DNA of 64,000 nucleotides from Candidatus Hydrogenedens sp. Its GTDB lineage: Bacteria > Hydrogenedentota > Hydrogenedentia > Hydrogenedentales > Hydrogenedentaceae. The number at the start of each line of letters is the position of its first letter. The stretch's first letter is position 1. Positions 9,105 through 18,644 of the stretch are shown piece by piece. The translations under genes and the position numbers were made by a program. The stretch is taken from positions 1-64,000 of the forward strand of contig JBMFRC010000015.1 of NCBI GenBank assembly GCA_049968235.1. The letters run 5' to 3'. The notes under the pieces were generated by a model. The model did not search any database. It was not told where the DNA came from and saw nothing but the letters and a program-made list of their open reading frames with translations.

Positions 9105-10022
9105 ATGAATTATATATATAAATTTTTAATATTAATCATTTGCTATTCAGGTTTTGCTCCTGTTTTAGATATTTTCCCATCCAATAGGAAGAATAATTTT
9201 CTATATTTACATATAAGACAATCCATAATACTTTGGTCATGGCTATTTCTCATCGTATTGTTTATTGGTGTTTTTGCCTTATTATTGTCCTTTCTTGTAG
9301 TTTATTTCCCAGATTTTTATCAGAATTGGGATATTGAATTATGGTTTATTAGTATTACGCGGAAAATATTATTGTGCTGGCTTATTTTTTTTATATTTGG
9401 TTTTGGAAGTGCTCTATTAAGTTCTGTTCATTTATTGCCTTTTATTGCTTCATGGATGAAAAATAAATGGCTTTTGCTATTCTCAAAATTTGTAAATACT
9501 CTATTAATAATCATTGTGTCTTTTATAGGCGTAATAAATATATATGCTTATTTTTTGTTGTATCCGCGTGAGAATGTTCCAAAGGTTTATGTTCTATATG
9601 ACAATCTTGATTACCTGCCACAGTGTATCTTTAATATAGGTTTTTTCCGAATAATTACAACAGGTTGTCATATTTATGGAAGAGGAGGTGTAGCATTGAG
9701 AGTTGTGGATAAAGAGAGTTTTGCGGAATCACTTAAAAATGCAGAAATTATCTTTGTCGCCTCGCATGGATGGGAGGAAGGAATGTTGTCACATGAAGGA
9801 ATCATTAAGCCTGAGGATATTCAAAAAATGGAAATAAATAAACATTTAAAATTTATATATCTATCTGCATGTAAAAGTGGTGCTCAACGGGAGGCATGGG
9901 AAAGAGTTTTAAGCCCTGCAAAGGTATTAACTTATAAAAGGATGACCGCAACATTTGAACATGCATGGTGGTTCTGGAAGAATGCCCCAAGGGTAATTCG
10001 GGGAGAATATAAAGAGGAGTAG
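9105..10022 (+). CDS. Membrane protein (4 predicted TM helices) with a C-terminal caspase/clan-CD-like His-Cys dyad module.
   Basis: The C-terminal ~110 aa contain IIFVASHGWEEG (His221) and KFIYLSACKSG (Cys256). Each catalytic residue follows a hydrophobic block, and the two are 35 aa apart, as in caspases (SHGEEG ... QACRG) and CHAT domains. Confidence 0.35.
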   Translation: MNYIYKFLILIICYSGFAPVLDIFPSNRKNNFLYLHIRQSIILWSWLFLIVLFIGVFALLLSFLVVYFPDFYQNWDIELWFISITRKILLCWLIFFIFGFGSALLSSVHLLPFIASWMKNKWLLLFSKFVNTLLIIIVSFIGVINIYAYFLLYPRENVPKVYVLYDNLDYLPQCIFNIGFFRIITTGCHIYGRGGVALRVVDKESFAESLKNAEIIFVASHGWEEGMLSHEGIIKPEDIQKMEINKHLKFIYLSACKSGAQREAWERVLSPAKVLTYKRMTATFEHAWWFWKNAPRVIRGEYKEE

Positions 10023-10023
10023 A

Positions 10024-10674
10024 TTATGAGTTCGGTAAGTGTAATTTAGAAATTAATTTTAAGTATTGTTCTTCTGATAACACACAGGGTTTACAAATCA
10101 AGTGAGTTAGAAATAATATTTTAGCGGAATGCTCTACTCGTTCAAGATAAGAATATGCTTGATTTAAATCTTTTCCTACCGTAATTACTCCATGTGATTT
10201 TAGAATGAGGGCGTTATGATTGCGTATCCATGGTTTTATGATTTCTGCACCTTCTTTACTTCCCGGTGTCGCATAATCTGTGGTTGGAACTTCACCTAAT
10301 GTCATTATGAGTTCTGGTAAAATGGGTGTACACATGGATATATCTACAATAGATAAGGCTATACTGTATGCAGGGTGAGCATGGACTACTGCATGAACAT
10401 CTTCCCGTTCATCATAAGCGGATAGATGTGTATAAAATTCGGAAGAAACAGACCCTTTCCCCTCTAAAATTTCACATTTATTGTTGGTAAGGATTATTTG
10501 TTTGGGATGTAAATCTCCTTTGGTTACATTACTGGGGGTGCATAGAAATAAATTCTTGGCTATTCGAATACTTATATTTCCATCGGTAGAAGAAATGTAC
10601 CCATTTTGATACATTTTTTTTCCTATTTCGCAAATGAGTTTTTTATGTTTATCGTATTTATTGAGTTTGGACAT
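10024..10674 (-). CDS. Class II aldolase/adducin family protein, of the L-fuculose-phosphate aldolase / MtnB dehydratase / ribulose-5-P 4-epimerase type.
   Basis: STDGNISIR and HAHPAY-type zinc-binding His motifs are present in a 216-aa protein. Confidence 0.7.
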   Translation of the reverse strand: MSKLNKYDKHKKLICEIGKKMYQNGYISSTDGNISIRIAKNLFLCTPSNVTKGDLHPKQIILTNNKCEILEGKGSVSSEFYTHLSAYDEREDVHAVVHAHPAYSIALSIVDISMCTPILPELIMTLGEVPTTDYATPGSKEGAEIIKPWIRNHNALILKSHGVITVGKDLNQAYSYLERVEHSAKILFLTHLICKPCVLSEEQYLKLISKLHLPNS

Positions 10675-10676
10675 GA

Positions 10677-10970
10677 TTAATCTCGATTTTTAGTGGGCAA
10701 TTTATAAATAAAAGTCCAAATAATAAGACAAATTGCAAAAGTTAAAAATAAATGTATTGAAAGGACAATAATTAATTCAACAGTTATTTTTCCCTTAAAT
10801 AAACTTAAATAACATTCCCACAAAGGAACTGAACGCACCTTTTGACCATTTACCGTAATTTCTAATAAAGAAAAAGGCAGGGTAATAATTAGAAGCAAAA
10901 GATAGTTGAACCAAAACCAATGTAAAGACAGAATGTTTAAAATAATATGAAGAAAAGAAGGCTTATTCAC
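10677..10970 (-). CDS. Small hypothetical membrane protein (2 TM).
   Basis: The ORF is tightly packed between ilvE and the aldolase gene. It overlaps ilvE by 8 nt and sits 2 nt from the aldolase. Two hydrophobic helices are predicted. Confidence 0.35.
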   Translation of the reverse strand: MNKPSFLHIILNILSLHWFWFNYLLLLIITLPFSLLEITVNGQKVRSVPLWECYLSLFKGKITVELIIVLSIHLFLTFAICLIIWTFIYKLPTKNRD

Positions 10971-11898
10971 AGGGAACTACTGTGCACCAATTTGAATATT
11001 TTTCATTTTCACCCTGAACAATCTGAAAATATATTTCCTGTAATTTTTTCGTAATAGGACCGGGTTGTCCATTTCCTATAATTCTACGGTCCACGGAACG
11101 CACGGGTGCGACCTGAGCCCCTGTTCCACAGAAGAAAATCTCATCAGCAACATAAAGTTCCGTTCGGGCAATCGGTCTTTCGATTATATTGAGACCCAGT
11201 TCTTTTTTTACCAGTTCAATTACAGTGTTTCGTGTAATTCCCACAAGAATGCTTTCAGAACGGGGAGGAGTTATCAACTCTCCTTGATGCACCAGGAAAA
11301 TATTCATGGCACTTCCCTCGACAACCATTCCATTTTCGTTCAAAAAGATAGCCTCACTAAAACCGGCTTGTTTGGCTTCAGATGAGGCTAATGCAGAATT
11401 AATATAACTTCCTGTTGCTTTAACACGACTTGGGATAGCATTATCTGTTAAACGACGCCATGAAGATACACAAACATCTAAACCGGAGGTTATATCACAA
11501 TAATCTCCTAATTTAATTACATAACAACACAATTTGCTTTCTATACCTTTTAATAGCGGACCTAATGACAATTCACTTTTATAAATGATAGGTCGTATGT
11601 AAACCCCTTCCTTGAAACCACTTTTTTTTACAAGTTCTATACAAATCTTTTCAATGTCTTCAGGTGTTTCTGGGATTTCCATACAAAGAATGCTACAATT
11701 CCTTACGAGACGGTCCACATGTTCCTTCAAACGGAAAATAAGAATTGCCTTTTTCTTTTCAGAGTAATAACCACGGATTCCTTCAAATAAACCAGTTCCG
11801 TAATTAAATGCATGTGTCATTATGCTTATTTTTGCATCTTCTATAGGGACATAAGTTCCTTCAAAGTATGCAAATTTTCCAGGAAACATTTGTGCCAT
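10963..11898 (-). CDS. ilvE: Branched-chain amino acid aminotransferase.
   Basis: MAQMFPGKFAYFEGTYVPIEDAKISIMTHAFNYGTGLFEGIRGY is a fold-type IV PLP BCAT signature. The protein is 311 aa. Confidence 0.85.
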   Translation of the reverse strand: MAQMFPGKFAYFEGTYVPIEDAKISIMTHAFNYGTGLFEGIRGYYSEKKKAILIFRLKEHVDRLVRNCSILCMEIPETPEDIEKICIELVKKSGFKEGVYIRPIIYKSELSLGPLLKGIESKLCCYVIKLGDYCDITSGLDVCVSSWRRLTDNAIPSRVKATGSYINSALASSEAKQAGFSEAIFLNENGMVVEGSAMNIFLVHQGELITPPRSESILVGITRNTVIELVKKELGLNIIERPIARTELYVADEIFFCGTGAQVAPVRSVDRRIIGNGQPGPITKKLQEIYFQIVQGENEKYSNWCTVVPCE

Positions 11899-11955
11899 TG
11901 GACATACTCCTTAAAATAAAAAGAACTCAGTTCATTTTAATACAAACTGAGTTCT

Positions 11956-12510
11956 TTACTCAAAAAGATAGTTTGAAGTTATTTTTATATTTTGTAGGAG
12001 TTGAGCAACTGGGTCAGGTGTTATATCTGTATTTTCAACGATTACACGATTTGAAGAGATACGCCACACAGGTTGATGGGCATTTTCATAATATATATCG
12101 TTTATTCTTCTTAATAATTCTTTAGATTCAGTCAAATCGGATTCTATTAAGTCTCTCATAGATAGCAAGCCAATTACTTGCTTATTCTCATCTACCATGA
12201 TGAGATGTCGCACACCATTCATAAACATCAACATTTTTGCTATTTTTATGTCTTCGTTTTCGTCCACATATATAAGTCGTGTATTCATTATTTCTTTTAT
12301 GTATACTGTTTTTGGGTCTAAATTCTTATATACGACTTTTCGGACAATGTCTTTTTCAGAAATTATCCCGATTATGTTCCCTTCATCATTAGATACCATG
12401 GTGGCACTTATGTTGTGGTCACAAAAAAACTTTACAGCGTCTTGTACTGTTTTATTCTGGTTGATGGGCAAATGTGCCCTGAGTTTAATATTATCTTTTA
12501 ATGGTGCCAT
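11956..12510 (-). CDS. CBS-domain pair protein.
   Basis: Two CBS motifs are present in 184 aa, for example IIGIISEKDIVRKV and VIGLLSMRDLIES. Confidence 0.6.
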   Translation of the reverse strand: MAPLKDNIKLRAHLPINQNKTVQDAVKFFCDHNISATMVSNDEGNIIGIISEKDIVRKVVYKNLDPKTVYIKEIMNTRLIYVDENEDIKIAKMLMFMNGVRHLIMVDENKQVIGLLSMRDLIESDLTESKELLRRINDIYYENAHQPVWRISSNRVIVENTDITPDPVAQLLQNIKITSNYLFE

Positions 12511-12634
12511 TGTTTTACCCTTTCTCGTTTTATTTCATGTTTCTAATTTGGTAAACAAATATAATTATTGATATATTCCTAATATCACAATTAAAGTAAA
12601 ATTAAAAAATTATCTATTTGTAAGGAGGATAGAT

Positions 12635-14188
12635 ATGGCAAAGGTAGTAACAGCAGATGAAGTAGTGAGGCTTATTCCTGATGGTTCCGCAGTATTGATT
12701 GTTCCCATGCCTTCGGAAGAGGTGTACCCTGCGTTTGCTCGTGTATATCAGGAGACTGGACATCCCAAAGACTTAACCGTAATATGGGCAGCGGGATTAG
12801 GTCCTTTAAGTGAAGAACCAAAGGGGATGAATCATTTTGCAGTGCCAGGTATGGTAAAAAGGATTATTGCTGGACATTGCGGTTTAAACCATAAGATTAT
12901 GAAATTTATAGCAAGTAATCAGGTTGAAGCCTATAATATTCCTCAGGGGACGATGTGTGAGTTATATCGTGAGATGGCAGGAGGGAGACCGGGACTTCTG
13001 ACTAGCGTAGGATTAGGGACATTTGTTGACCCAAGATATGGCGGAGGAAAAGTTAACGAAAGAACAAAATCATGCGAGGACCTGTCGGAGATAGTTACTA
13101 TTGGTGGAAAGGAGTATATACTATATCATTCGCTTCCGTGTAATGTTGGAATTATCCGCGGGACAACAGCAGACCCAAGTGGAAATATTACAGTTGAGAA
13201 AGAGGCATTGATAATGGAAATATTAGAAGGAGCAATGGCAGTAAAAAATAACGGTGGCTTTGTTATTGCTCAAGTAGAAAGAATAAGTGATGAACCTGCC
13301 AGACCCTGTGATGTGCGTGTGCCGGGTATTTTTGTGGATTATATTGTAGTAGCCCAATCTCCAGAAGCACATCCTCAAACTCTTTTCGTCCAGTATGACC
13401 CCTCTTTTTGTGGACATGTTCGGGCAAATCTTGAAGATGAATTGGAACCGATGCCATTAAATTTTGAAAAAGTAATTGCACGAAGAGCATTTATGGAACT
13501 AAAACCATGTATGGTAATAAATTTAGGTTTTGGAATTCCTATGGGTGTCGCTAAAGTGGCATTTGAAGAGGGGGTGTTTAATAAGCTTACCATGACTACA
13601 GAAATAGGTGTTATTGGCGGCGTTCCTGAAGCAGGTAAGAATTTTGGTCCTGCCAAAAATCCTCAAGCATTTCTTTCTCAATCTGCAATGTTTGATTTTT
13701 ATGATGGTGGTGGGTTAGATATGACCTGTGTAGGTATGGCTCAGGTGGATGCACAGGGAAATATCAATGTTAGCAAAGTAGGACCTTTTGCAATAGGTCC
13801 GGGAGGTTTTATTAACTTAACACAATCTGCCAAAAAGTTGGTTTTCTGTGGCGAGTTTACCGCAATAGGAAGTAAAGTGGAGGTTAGTGATGGGAAAATA
13901 AATATCATAAGTGAAGGGAAAGTAAAGAAGTTTATACAAAAAGTAGAACAAGTAACTTTTAGTGGAAAGTTTGCCATAGAAAATCATCGAGATGTTACTT
14001 ATGTAACAGAAAGATGTGTCTTTAAACTTATTCCCGAAGGGCTTATGCTAACAGAAATTGCACCCGGAGTTGATTTGGAAAAGAATATTTTAAGTCAAAT
14101 GGAATTTAAGCCTATTATTCCGAATGAGATAAAAACAATGGATACAAAATTGTTTCTTCCTGAACCAATGAAAATAAAATTTGAATAG
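12635..14188 (+). CDS. Acyl-CoA:acetate/propionate CoA-transferase (fused alpha/beta family I CoA-transferase, Pct-like).
   Basis: The protein is 517 aa. An AAGGAGG Shine-Dalgarno sequence lies 7 nt upstream. The N-terminus VTADEVVRLIPDGSAVLIV resembles propionate CoA-transferases. TEIG is a candidate active-site Glu region. Confidence 0.6.
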   Translation: MAKVVTADEVVRLIPDGSAVLIVPMPSEEVYPAFARVYQETGHPKDLTVIWAAGLGPLSEEPKGMNHFAVPGMVKRIIAGHCGLNHKIMKFIASNQVEAYNIPQGTMCELYREMAGGRPGLLTSVGLGTFVDPRYGGGKVNERTKSCEDLSEIVTIGGKEYILYHSLPCNVGIIRGTTADPSGNITVEKEALIMEILEGAMAVKNNGGFVIAQVERISDEPARPCDVRVPGIFVDYIVVAQSPEAHPQTLFVQYDPSFCGHVRANLEDELEPMPLNFEKVIARRAFMELKPCMVINLGFGIPMGVAKVAFEEGVFNKLTMTTEIGVIGGVPEAGKNFGPAKNPQAFLSQSAMFDFYDGGGLDMTCVGMAQVDAQGNINVSKVGPFAIGPGGFINLTQSAKKLVFCGEFTAIGSKVEVSDGKINIISEGKVKKFIQKVEQVTFSGKFAIENHRDVTYVTERCVFKLIPEGLMLTEIAPGVDLEKNILSQMEFKPIIPNEIKTMDTKLFLPEPMKIKFE

Positions 14189-14211
14189 ATTTTACAAAAA
14201 AGGTTGAAAAT

Positions 14212-15060
14212 ATGATTAAAGAAGATTGGTTTAAAATAGATGAAGAGAAATTTTATCGTCGAACTTGGTTTTCAGAAATTACTCCAACGATAGCCAATAT
14301 TGTATTAATCCATGGTTATGGGGAACATTGTTCGAGATATGATTATGTCGCAGAACAAATGAACAAACAGGGGATAAATGTATTCTCTTTTGACCAACGA
14401 GGGTTTGGACATTCTCCAGGTAAAAGAGCATGGATAAATCGTTTTGAAGATTTACTTTCAGATTTAGATGTATTTCTTAAGGCAATTGCAAAGGAAATAG
14501 AAGAACTTCCTGTATTTTTTATGGGTCATAGTATGGGAGGAATGGTGCTTGCTCGTTATATGCAAACAAGACAAAATCTTCCAGTAAAAGGTCTTATTTT
14601 TTCAAGTCCTTTCCTTGCTATAAATGATGATGTTCCAGAATTTTTGTTAAAACTATCTGGAATATTAGCAAAGTATTTACCCTGGCTACCTGTATCAAAA
14701 GTAGATAATTCAGGATTGGCTAAAGATATTGAAGTAGTAAAAAAAGCTGATGAAGACCCATTATGCTATCATGGAAGTGTTAAAGCACATACGGGATATG
14801 TGTTTTATCAGGTAATTAAAGAAATTCATAATAATTTTCATTTAATTCATCAGCCTGTAATTATAATACACGGGAAAAAGGATAGAGTGGTCCCATATTT
14901 AGGTAGTGTTGCTTTGTATGAAGGTATTTCTTCGACAGATAAAGTGATTCATTTGTTTGAAGAGGGCTATCATGAAATATGGAATGATTATGAGAAAGAT
15001 GAGATGATAGCAAAAGTTTATGGTTGGGTTATGGAACGGGCACAAAATACGAATAAGTAA
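14212..15060 (+). CDS. Alpha/beta hydrolase, lysophospholipase / monoacylglycerol lipase-like.
   Basis: The HGYGEHCSRY...FDQRGFGHSPG hydrolase_4 pattern is present, with a GHSMGG nucleophile elbow. Confidence 0.75.
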   Translation: MIKEDWFKIDEEKFYRRTWFSEITPTIANIVLIHGYGEHCSRYDYVAEQMNKQGINVFSFDQRGFGHSPGKRAWINRFEDLLSDLDVFLKAIAKEIEELPVFFMGHSMGGMVLARYMQTRQNLPVKGLIFSSPFLAINDDVPEFLLKLSGILAKYLPWLPVSKVDNSGLAKDIEVVKKADEDPLCYHGSVKAHTGYVFYQVIKEIHNNFHLIHQPVIIIHGKKDRVVPYLGSVALYEGISSTDKVIHLFEEGYHEIWNDYEKDEMIAKVYGWVMERAQNTNK

Positions 15061-15144
15061 AAGTTGTGGTATTTTATAAACTTTCTTAAATGTTTTAAAA
15101 TAATAGAAAGATTATTCTTAAACAAACAAAGAGAAGCATATTTT

Positions 15145-15894
15145 ATGGTAAATAGAAAAAGTACACAATCAGCAGACCCACGCGAAATAATGCAGTGGAC
15201 TCGTAGATATGCACAAAGCAGAACGATATATTTCCTGGTGCAATGGTGTTTAATCGTTTTTGTTATCTGCATAATTGGGTTGGTTGCCAGTTTAACACAG
15301 CAGGCATATATAGCAGGTAACAAATCATTATTTTATATTTCAGTCGTTTTTCTTGCTATCACTTTCTTTTTTTTCATATGGATTTCTGTATCTCGTTGGA
15401 CAGCGGAGGTTATATGGCAAATTACATTATGGTTTTATGGAAGAGAAGGATTTGTATCTCCGGAAGATAACGCTCATTCTAAACAATTACCTCGATGGGT
15501 AATTGCTATAATTGGTTTGATGTTGGTTTATCATATTTTGGGTGCATTACTTATTTCATTCCGATATCTTCATCTCCAATATTTACAGCCTTTTTCTGCA
15601 ATTATTTTAGTTCCTGTTTTGTGTGTTCTTATTTATTATCAAGGATTAGGTTTTTGGGCATGGTTCTGGCCTGTATTGTATGGATTACATGCTATATTAT
15701 TGGTAGCAGGAGTTCCTATAAGTTTCCCTTCTCCATGGTATTTATTAAATATTATGGTTCCTATTTTTGGATATGGATTAATTGCTATCCTTGTTGGACA
15801 TATTTATAGTCGTTATGCCTTGTGGAAATTAAAAACAGTAACACGACAGGGACTTGAAATAGATAATGATGACACAATCTCAGAAGAGAAATAA
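15145..15894 (+). CDS. Hypothetical polytopic membrane protein.
   Basis: About 6 hydrophobic helices are predicted. The tracked ORF begins at TTG 15064. The first ATG (MVNRKST) is at 15145. No family was recognised. Confidence 0.35.
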   Translation: MVNRKSTQSADPREIMQWTRRYAQSRTIYFLVQWCLIVFVICIIGLVASLTQQAYIAGNKSLFYISVVFLAITFFFFIWISVSRWTAEVIWQITLWFYGREGFVSPEDNAHSKQLPRWVIAIIGLMLVYHILGALLISFRYLHLQYLQPFSAIILVPVLCVLIYYQGLGFWAWFWPVLYGLHAILLVAGVPISFPSPWYLLNIMVPIFGYGLIAILVGHIYSRYALWKLKTVTRQGLEIDNDDTISEEK

Positions 15895-15924
15895 TATATT
15901 TTAGAACAAAGGTTTGCTATAAAA

Positions 15925-16230
15925 ATGACGGAACTTGACCGACTCATACATGAACCTGCACGTTTAAGGATTTTAACAATTCTTGCAGGGGTAGAGGCGG
16001 CTGATTTTAATTTTTTATTAAACACATTAGGTTTGACTAAAGGGAATCTTTCTTCACATATGGACCGACTTGAAAAAGCAGGATATGTGAAAGTTGAAAA
16101 ATCATTTAACGGACGCGTTCCTCATACCGAGTTTCAAATTACACCTCAAGGGAAAGAAGCATTAGAGGAATACTGGAGACAGTTAGATAGTATTAGGAAT
16201 TTAAATACAAAATCTGAAGATAAAGATTAA
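15925..16230 (+). CDS. Winged-helix transcriptional regulator, ArsR-like.
   Basis: The HEPARLRILTIL recognition-helix region and the GYVKVEK...FQITPQGKEALEEY wing are present in a 101-aa protein. Confidence 0.5.
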   Translation: MTELDRLIHEPARLRILTILAGVEAADFNFLLNTLGLTKGNLSSHMDRLEKAGYVKVEKSFNGRVPHTEFQITPQGKEALEEYWRQLDSIRNLNTKSEDKD

Positions 16231-16253
16231 TTCAAACTTTTATGTATTCATTC

Positions 16254-17306
16254 TCAATGAATTATTTTGACCAGATTTTCCAGTAGAATAGCACACTGTT
16301 CTTTTGTCCCAATTGTAATTCGTAGTGCATTCTCTAATCGTCTCATAGGAAAGTAGCGAACAAATATATTTTTCTCTTTTAATTTTAAATATATATCTTT
16401 AGCAGAGGGGGTTCCATTCCAAATAGCAAGTAAAAAGTTAGATTGTGAATTGGGAACGATAAAACCAAGTTTTTGTAATTCTTTTTGCAGAAAACTCCGT
16501 GTCGTTTTAATAGTTTCAATATGGTTTGTTACTTGATTGTAATTTTCTAATGCCCTTATACCTATTTTTTGGGTTAGGACATTTATATTATATGAGTCTT
16601 TTACTTTGAACATATCGGATATAAGTTCAGGGTTTCCTACTGCAAAACCCAAACGAACCCCTGCGAGGCTAAATGATTTAGAGAAAGTTCTGCCTACAAT
16701 TACATTGGGGTAGTTTTTTACCCAGGAAATGTAACTAAAATCACAAAAATCTACATACGCTTCATCAATAAATATTACTTGTTCTTGATTCCTGCAGATA
16801 TCTTTCATTACTTCAGGAGGAGTCGGAACTCCACTGGGAGCATTGGGATGCGTGATTAATAGTAGTTTCGAGGAATTCCATGTGAAAGGCGGAGTTATAT
16901 TAAAGTTTTCATCCAAATCGTGATATTGGAATTTACACCCATGCAAATCTGCAAGGACTTCATATAACGAATATGTAGGATAGGTGGCGGATATTGTTTC
17001 ATGATAATCAACAAAGGTTCGTATTAGTATCGAAAGAATTTCATCCATACCGTTTCCTGCAATGACCCATTCTGCACCAGGAATATCGTATATACATGCA
17101 ATTTTTTGACGAAGTTCAAGTGCAAGGGGGTCTGGATATTTCCGTAATTGTTCTGAAGAAATTTCTTTTAATGCTTGTAAGATCTCAATAGGAGGGGTAA
17201 ATGGATTTTCATTTGTATTTAATTTTATAACATCGGAATTTTTGGGTTGTTCGCCTGGTGTGTAGCCCTCTATCTTGTTTAATCTCTGAATACAATATCT
17301 ACTCAT
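16254..17306 (-). CDS. hisC: Histidinol-phosphate aminotransferase.
   Basis: The IKLNTNENPFTPP motif is present. The protein is a class II aminotransferase of the expected size. It overlaps hisD by 8 nt. Confidence 0.85.
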   Translation of the reverse strand: MSRYCIQRLNKIEGYTPGEQPKNSDVIKLNTNENPFTPPIEILQALKEISSEQLRKYPDPLALELRQKIACIYDIPGAEWVIAGNGMDEILSILIRTFVDYHETISATYPTYSLYEVLADLHGCKFQYHDLDENFNITPPFTWNSSKLLLITHPNAPSGVPTPPEVMKDICRNQEQVIFIDEAYVDFCDFSYISWVKNYPNVIVGRTFSKSFSLAGVRLGFAVGNPELISDMFKVKDSYNINVLTQKIGIRALENYNQVTNHIETIKTTRSFLQKELQKLGFIVPNSQSNFLLAIWNGTPSAKDIYLKLKEKNIFVRYFPMRRLENALRITIGTKEQCAILLENLVKIIH

Positions 17307-18639
17307 AACGGGTATCCCTTCGGTTTCCTGTGCGAATTTCTACGGAAAACGCATGAGCGGTTAATCCTTCAATTTCTGCGAAAGATATAATATCATTTGC
17401 TTGACTTAATAATCGGCTTTGTGAATAAAAAATGTAATTTGAAACTTTTCGAAAGTCTTCTACTGTTAATGGAGAACTGAAACGGGCTCTTCTACCAGTA
17501 GGTAGAATATGATTGGGACCTGCAATATAATCTCCTACTGCCACCGGGGTCATACTACCAAGCATAATAGCCCCTGCATTTTTTACTCTGTCCTCAATTT
17601 TGCGGGGGAATTCTGTTTGGATATTTAAATGTTCCGGTGCAAAGTAATTGGTTATTTCAATAACTTCGTCCCAATCTCTGGCTATAATATATGTTCCATA
17701 ATTATTTAATGATTTTTCAATAATATCTTTTCTTTTAAGGGTTTCTAAACATTGATATAATTTTTTGTCGACTTCAAAGATAATATCTTTATCGGATTGG
17801 GTGGTAATTAAGACGGAACATGCATTCTCATCATGTTCTGCTTGAGCAAGTAATTCAGAAATTACAAAATCAGGATTTGCATTTTTATCTGCAATAACGA
17901 GGACTTCCGAAGGTCCTGCTTCACAGTCTATATCAACAATTTCTCTTACCATGGCTTTCGCTGTAGCCACATATATATTTCCGGGACCGGTAATTTTATC
18001 TACAGCAGGAATATATTCTGTCCCATAAGCAAGCCCTGCAATGGATTGTGCACCCCCTATGCGGAATATTCGTGTTACCCCTGCTAAATGTGCTGTTGCT
18101 AAAACTACGGGATGTATTGTTCCGTTGTAGGAGGGGGGGGAGACCATTATGATTTCTTTTACACCGGCTACTTGTGCTGGAATTACATTCATTAATACGG
18201 ATGATGGATAAAATGCTTTTCCACCCGGAACATATACACCTACTTTTTCAATAGGTGTGATTTTTTGTCCAATAATGGTTCCGTCTTCAAGGGTTTCTTC
18301 CCATGAATTTCTTAGGTTTTTTGAATGAAAATAACGAATATTTTCCGCGGAAGTCTCTATAATTCTTAATATTTCGGGGTCTAAGGCATTAAAACTTTTT
18401 ATAATTTCCTGTTTTGGAATTTCAAATTCTTCGGGAGTAAGAGAAACGCCGTCGAATCGTGATGTAAATTCTGAAATAGCACTATCACCGTTTTTCTTTA
18501 CGGTATTAACAATCCATTGTACCGTTTTTATAACTGAATTGGTACTGTCCTGCGAGACTTTTTCTGATGAATAGCGAAAATTAATCCACTGTTTAAGTTT
18601 ATTTAAGTCGGAATCGTTTTTAATTTCAAATGTTCTCAT
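17299..18639 (-). CDS. hisD: Histidinol dehydrogenase.
   Basis: The protein is 446 aa and carries conserved HisD blocks, for example RIGGAQSIAGLAYGTE and EHLNIQ. Confidence 0.85.
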   Translation of the reverse strand: MRTFEIKNDSDLNKLKQWINFRYSSEKVSQDSTNSVIKTVQWIVNTVKKNGDSAISEFTSRFDGVSLTPEEFEIPKQEIIKSFNALDPEILRIIETSAENIRYFHSKNLRNSWEETLEDGTIIGQKITPIEKVGVYVPGGKAFYPSSVLMNVIPAQVAGVKEIIMVSPPSYNGTIHPVVLATAHLAGVTRIFRIGGAQSIAGLAYGTEYIPAVDKITGPGNIYVATAKAMVREIVDIDCEAGPSEVLVIADKNANPDFVISELLAQAEHDENACSVLITTQSDKDIIFEVDKKLYQCLETLKRKDIIEKSLNNYGTYIIARDWDEVIEITNYFAPEHLNIQTEFPRKIEDRVKNAGAIMLGSMTPVAVGDYIAGPNHILPTGRRARFSSPLTVEDFRKVSNYIFYSQSRLLSQANDIISFAEIEGLTAHAFSVEIRTGNRRDTRYE

Positions 18640-18644
18640 TATAT

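Noticed and set aside
16246-16262. An inverted repeat ATTCAT-TCTCA-ATGAAT lies between the convergent ArsR-like and hisC genes. It is a possible bidirectional terminator.
   Set aside because: The stem is only 6 bp and is AT-rich. It overlaps the hisC stop codon and has no flanking U-tract on either side. It is too weak to call an intrinsic terminator.
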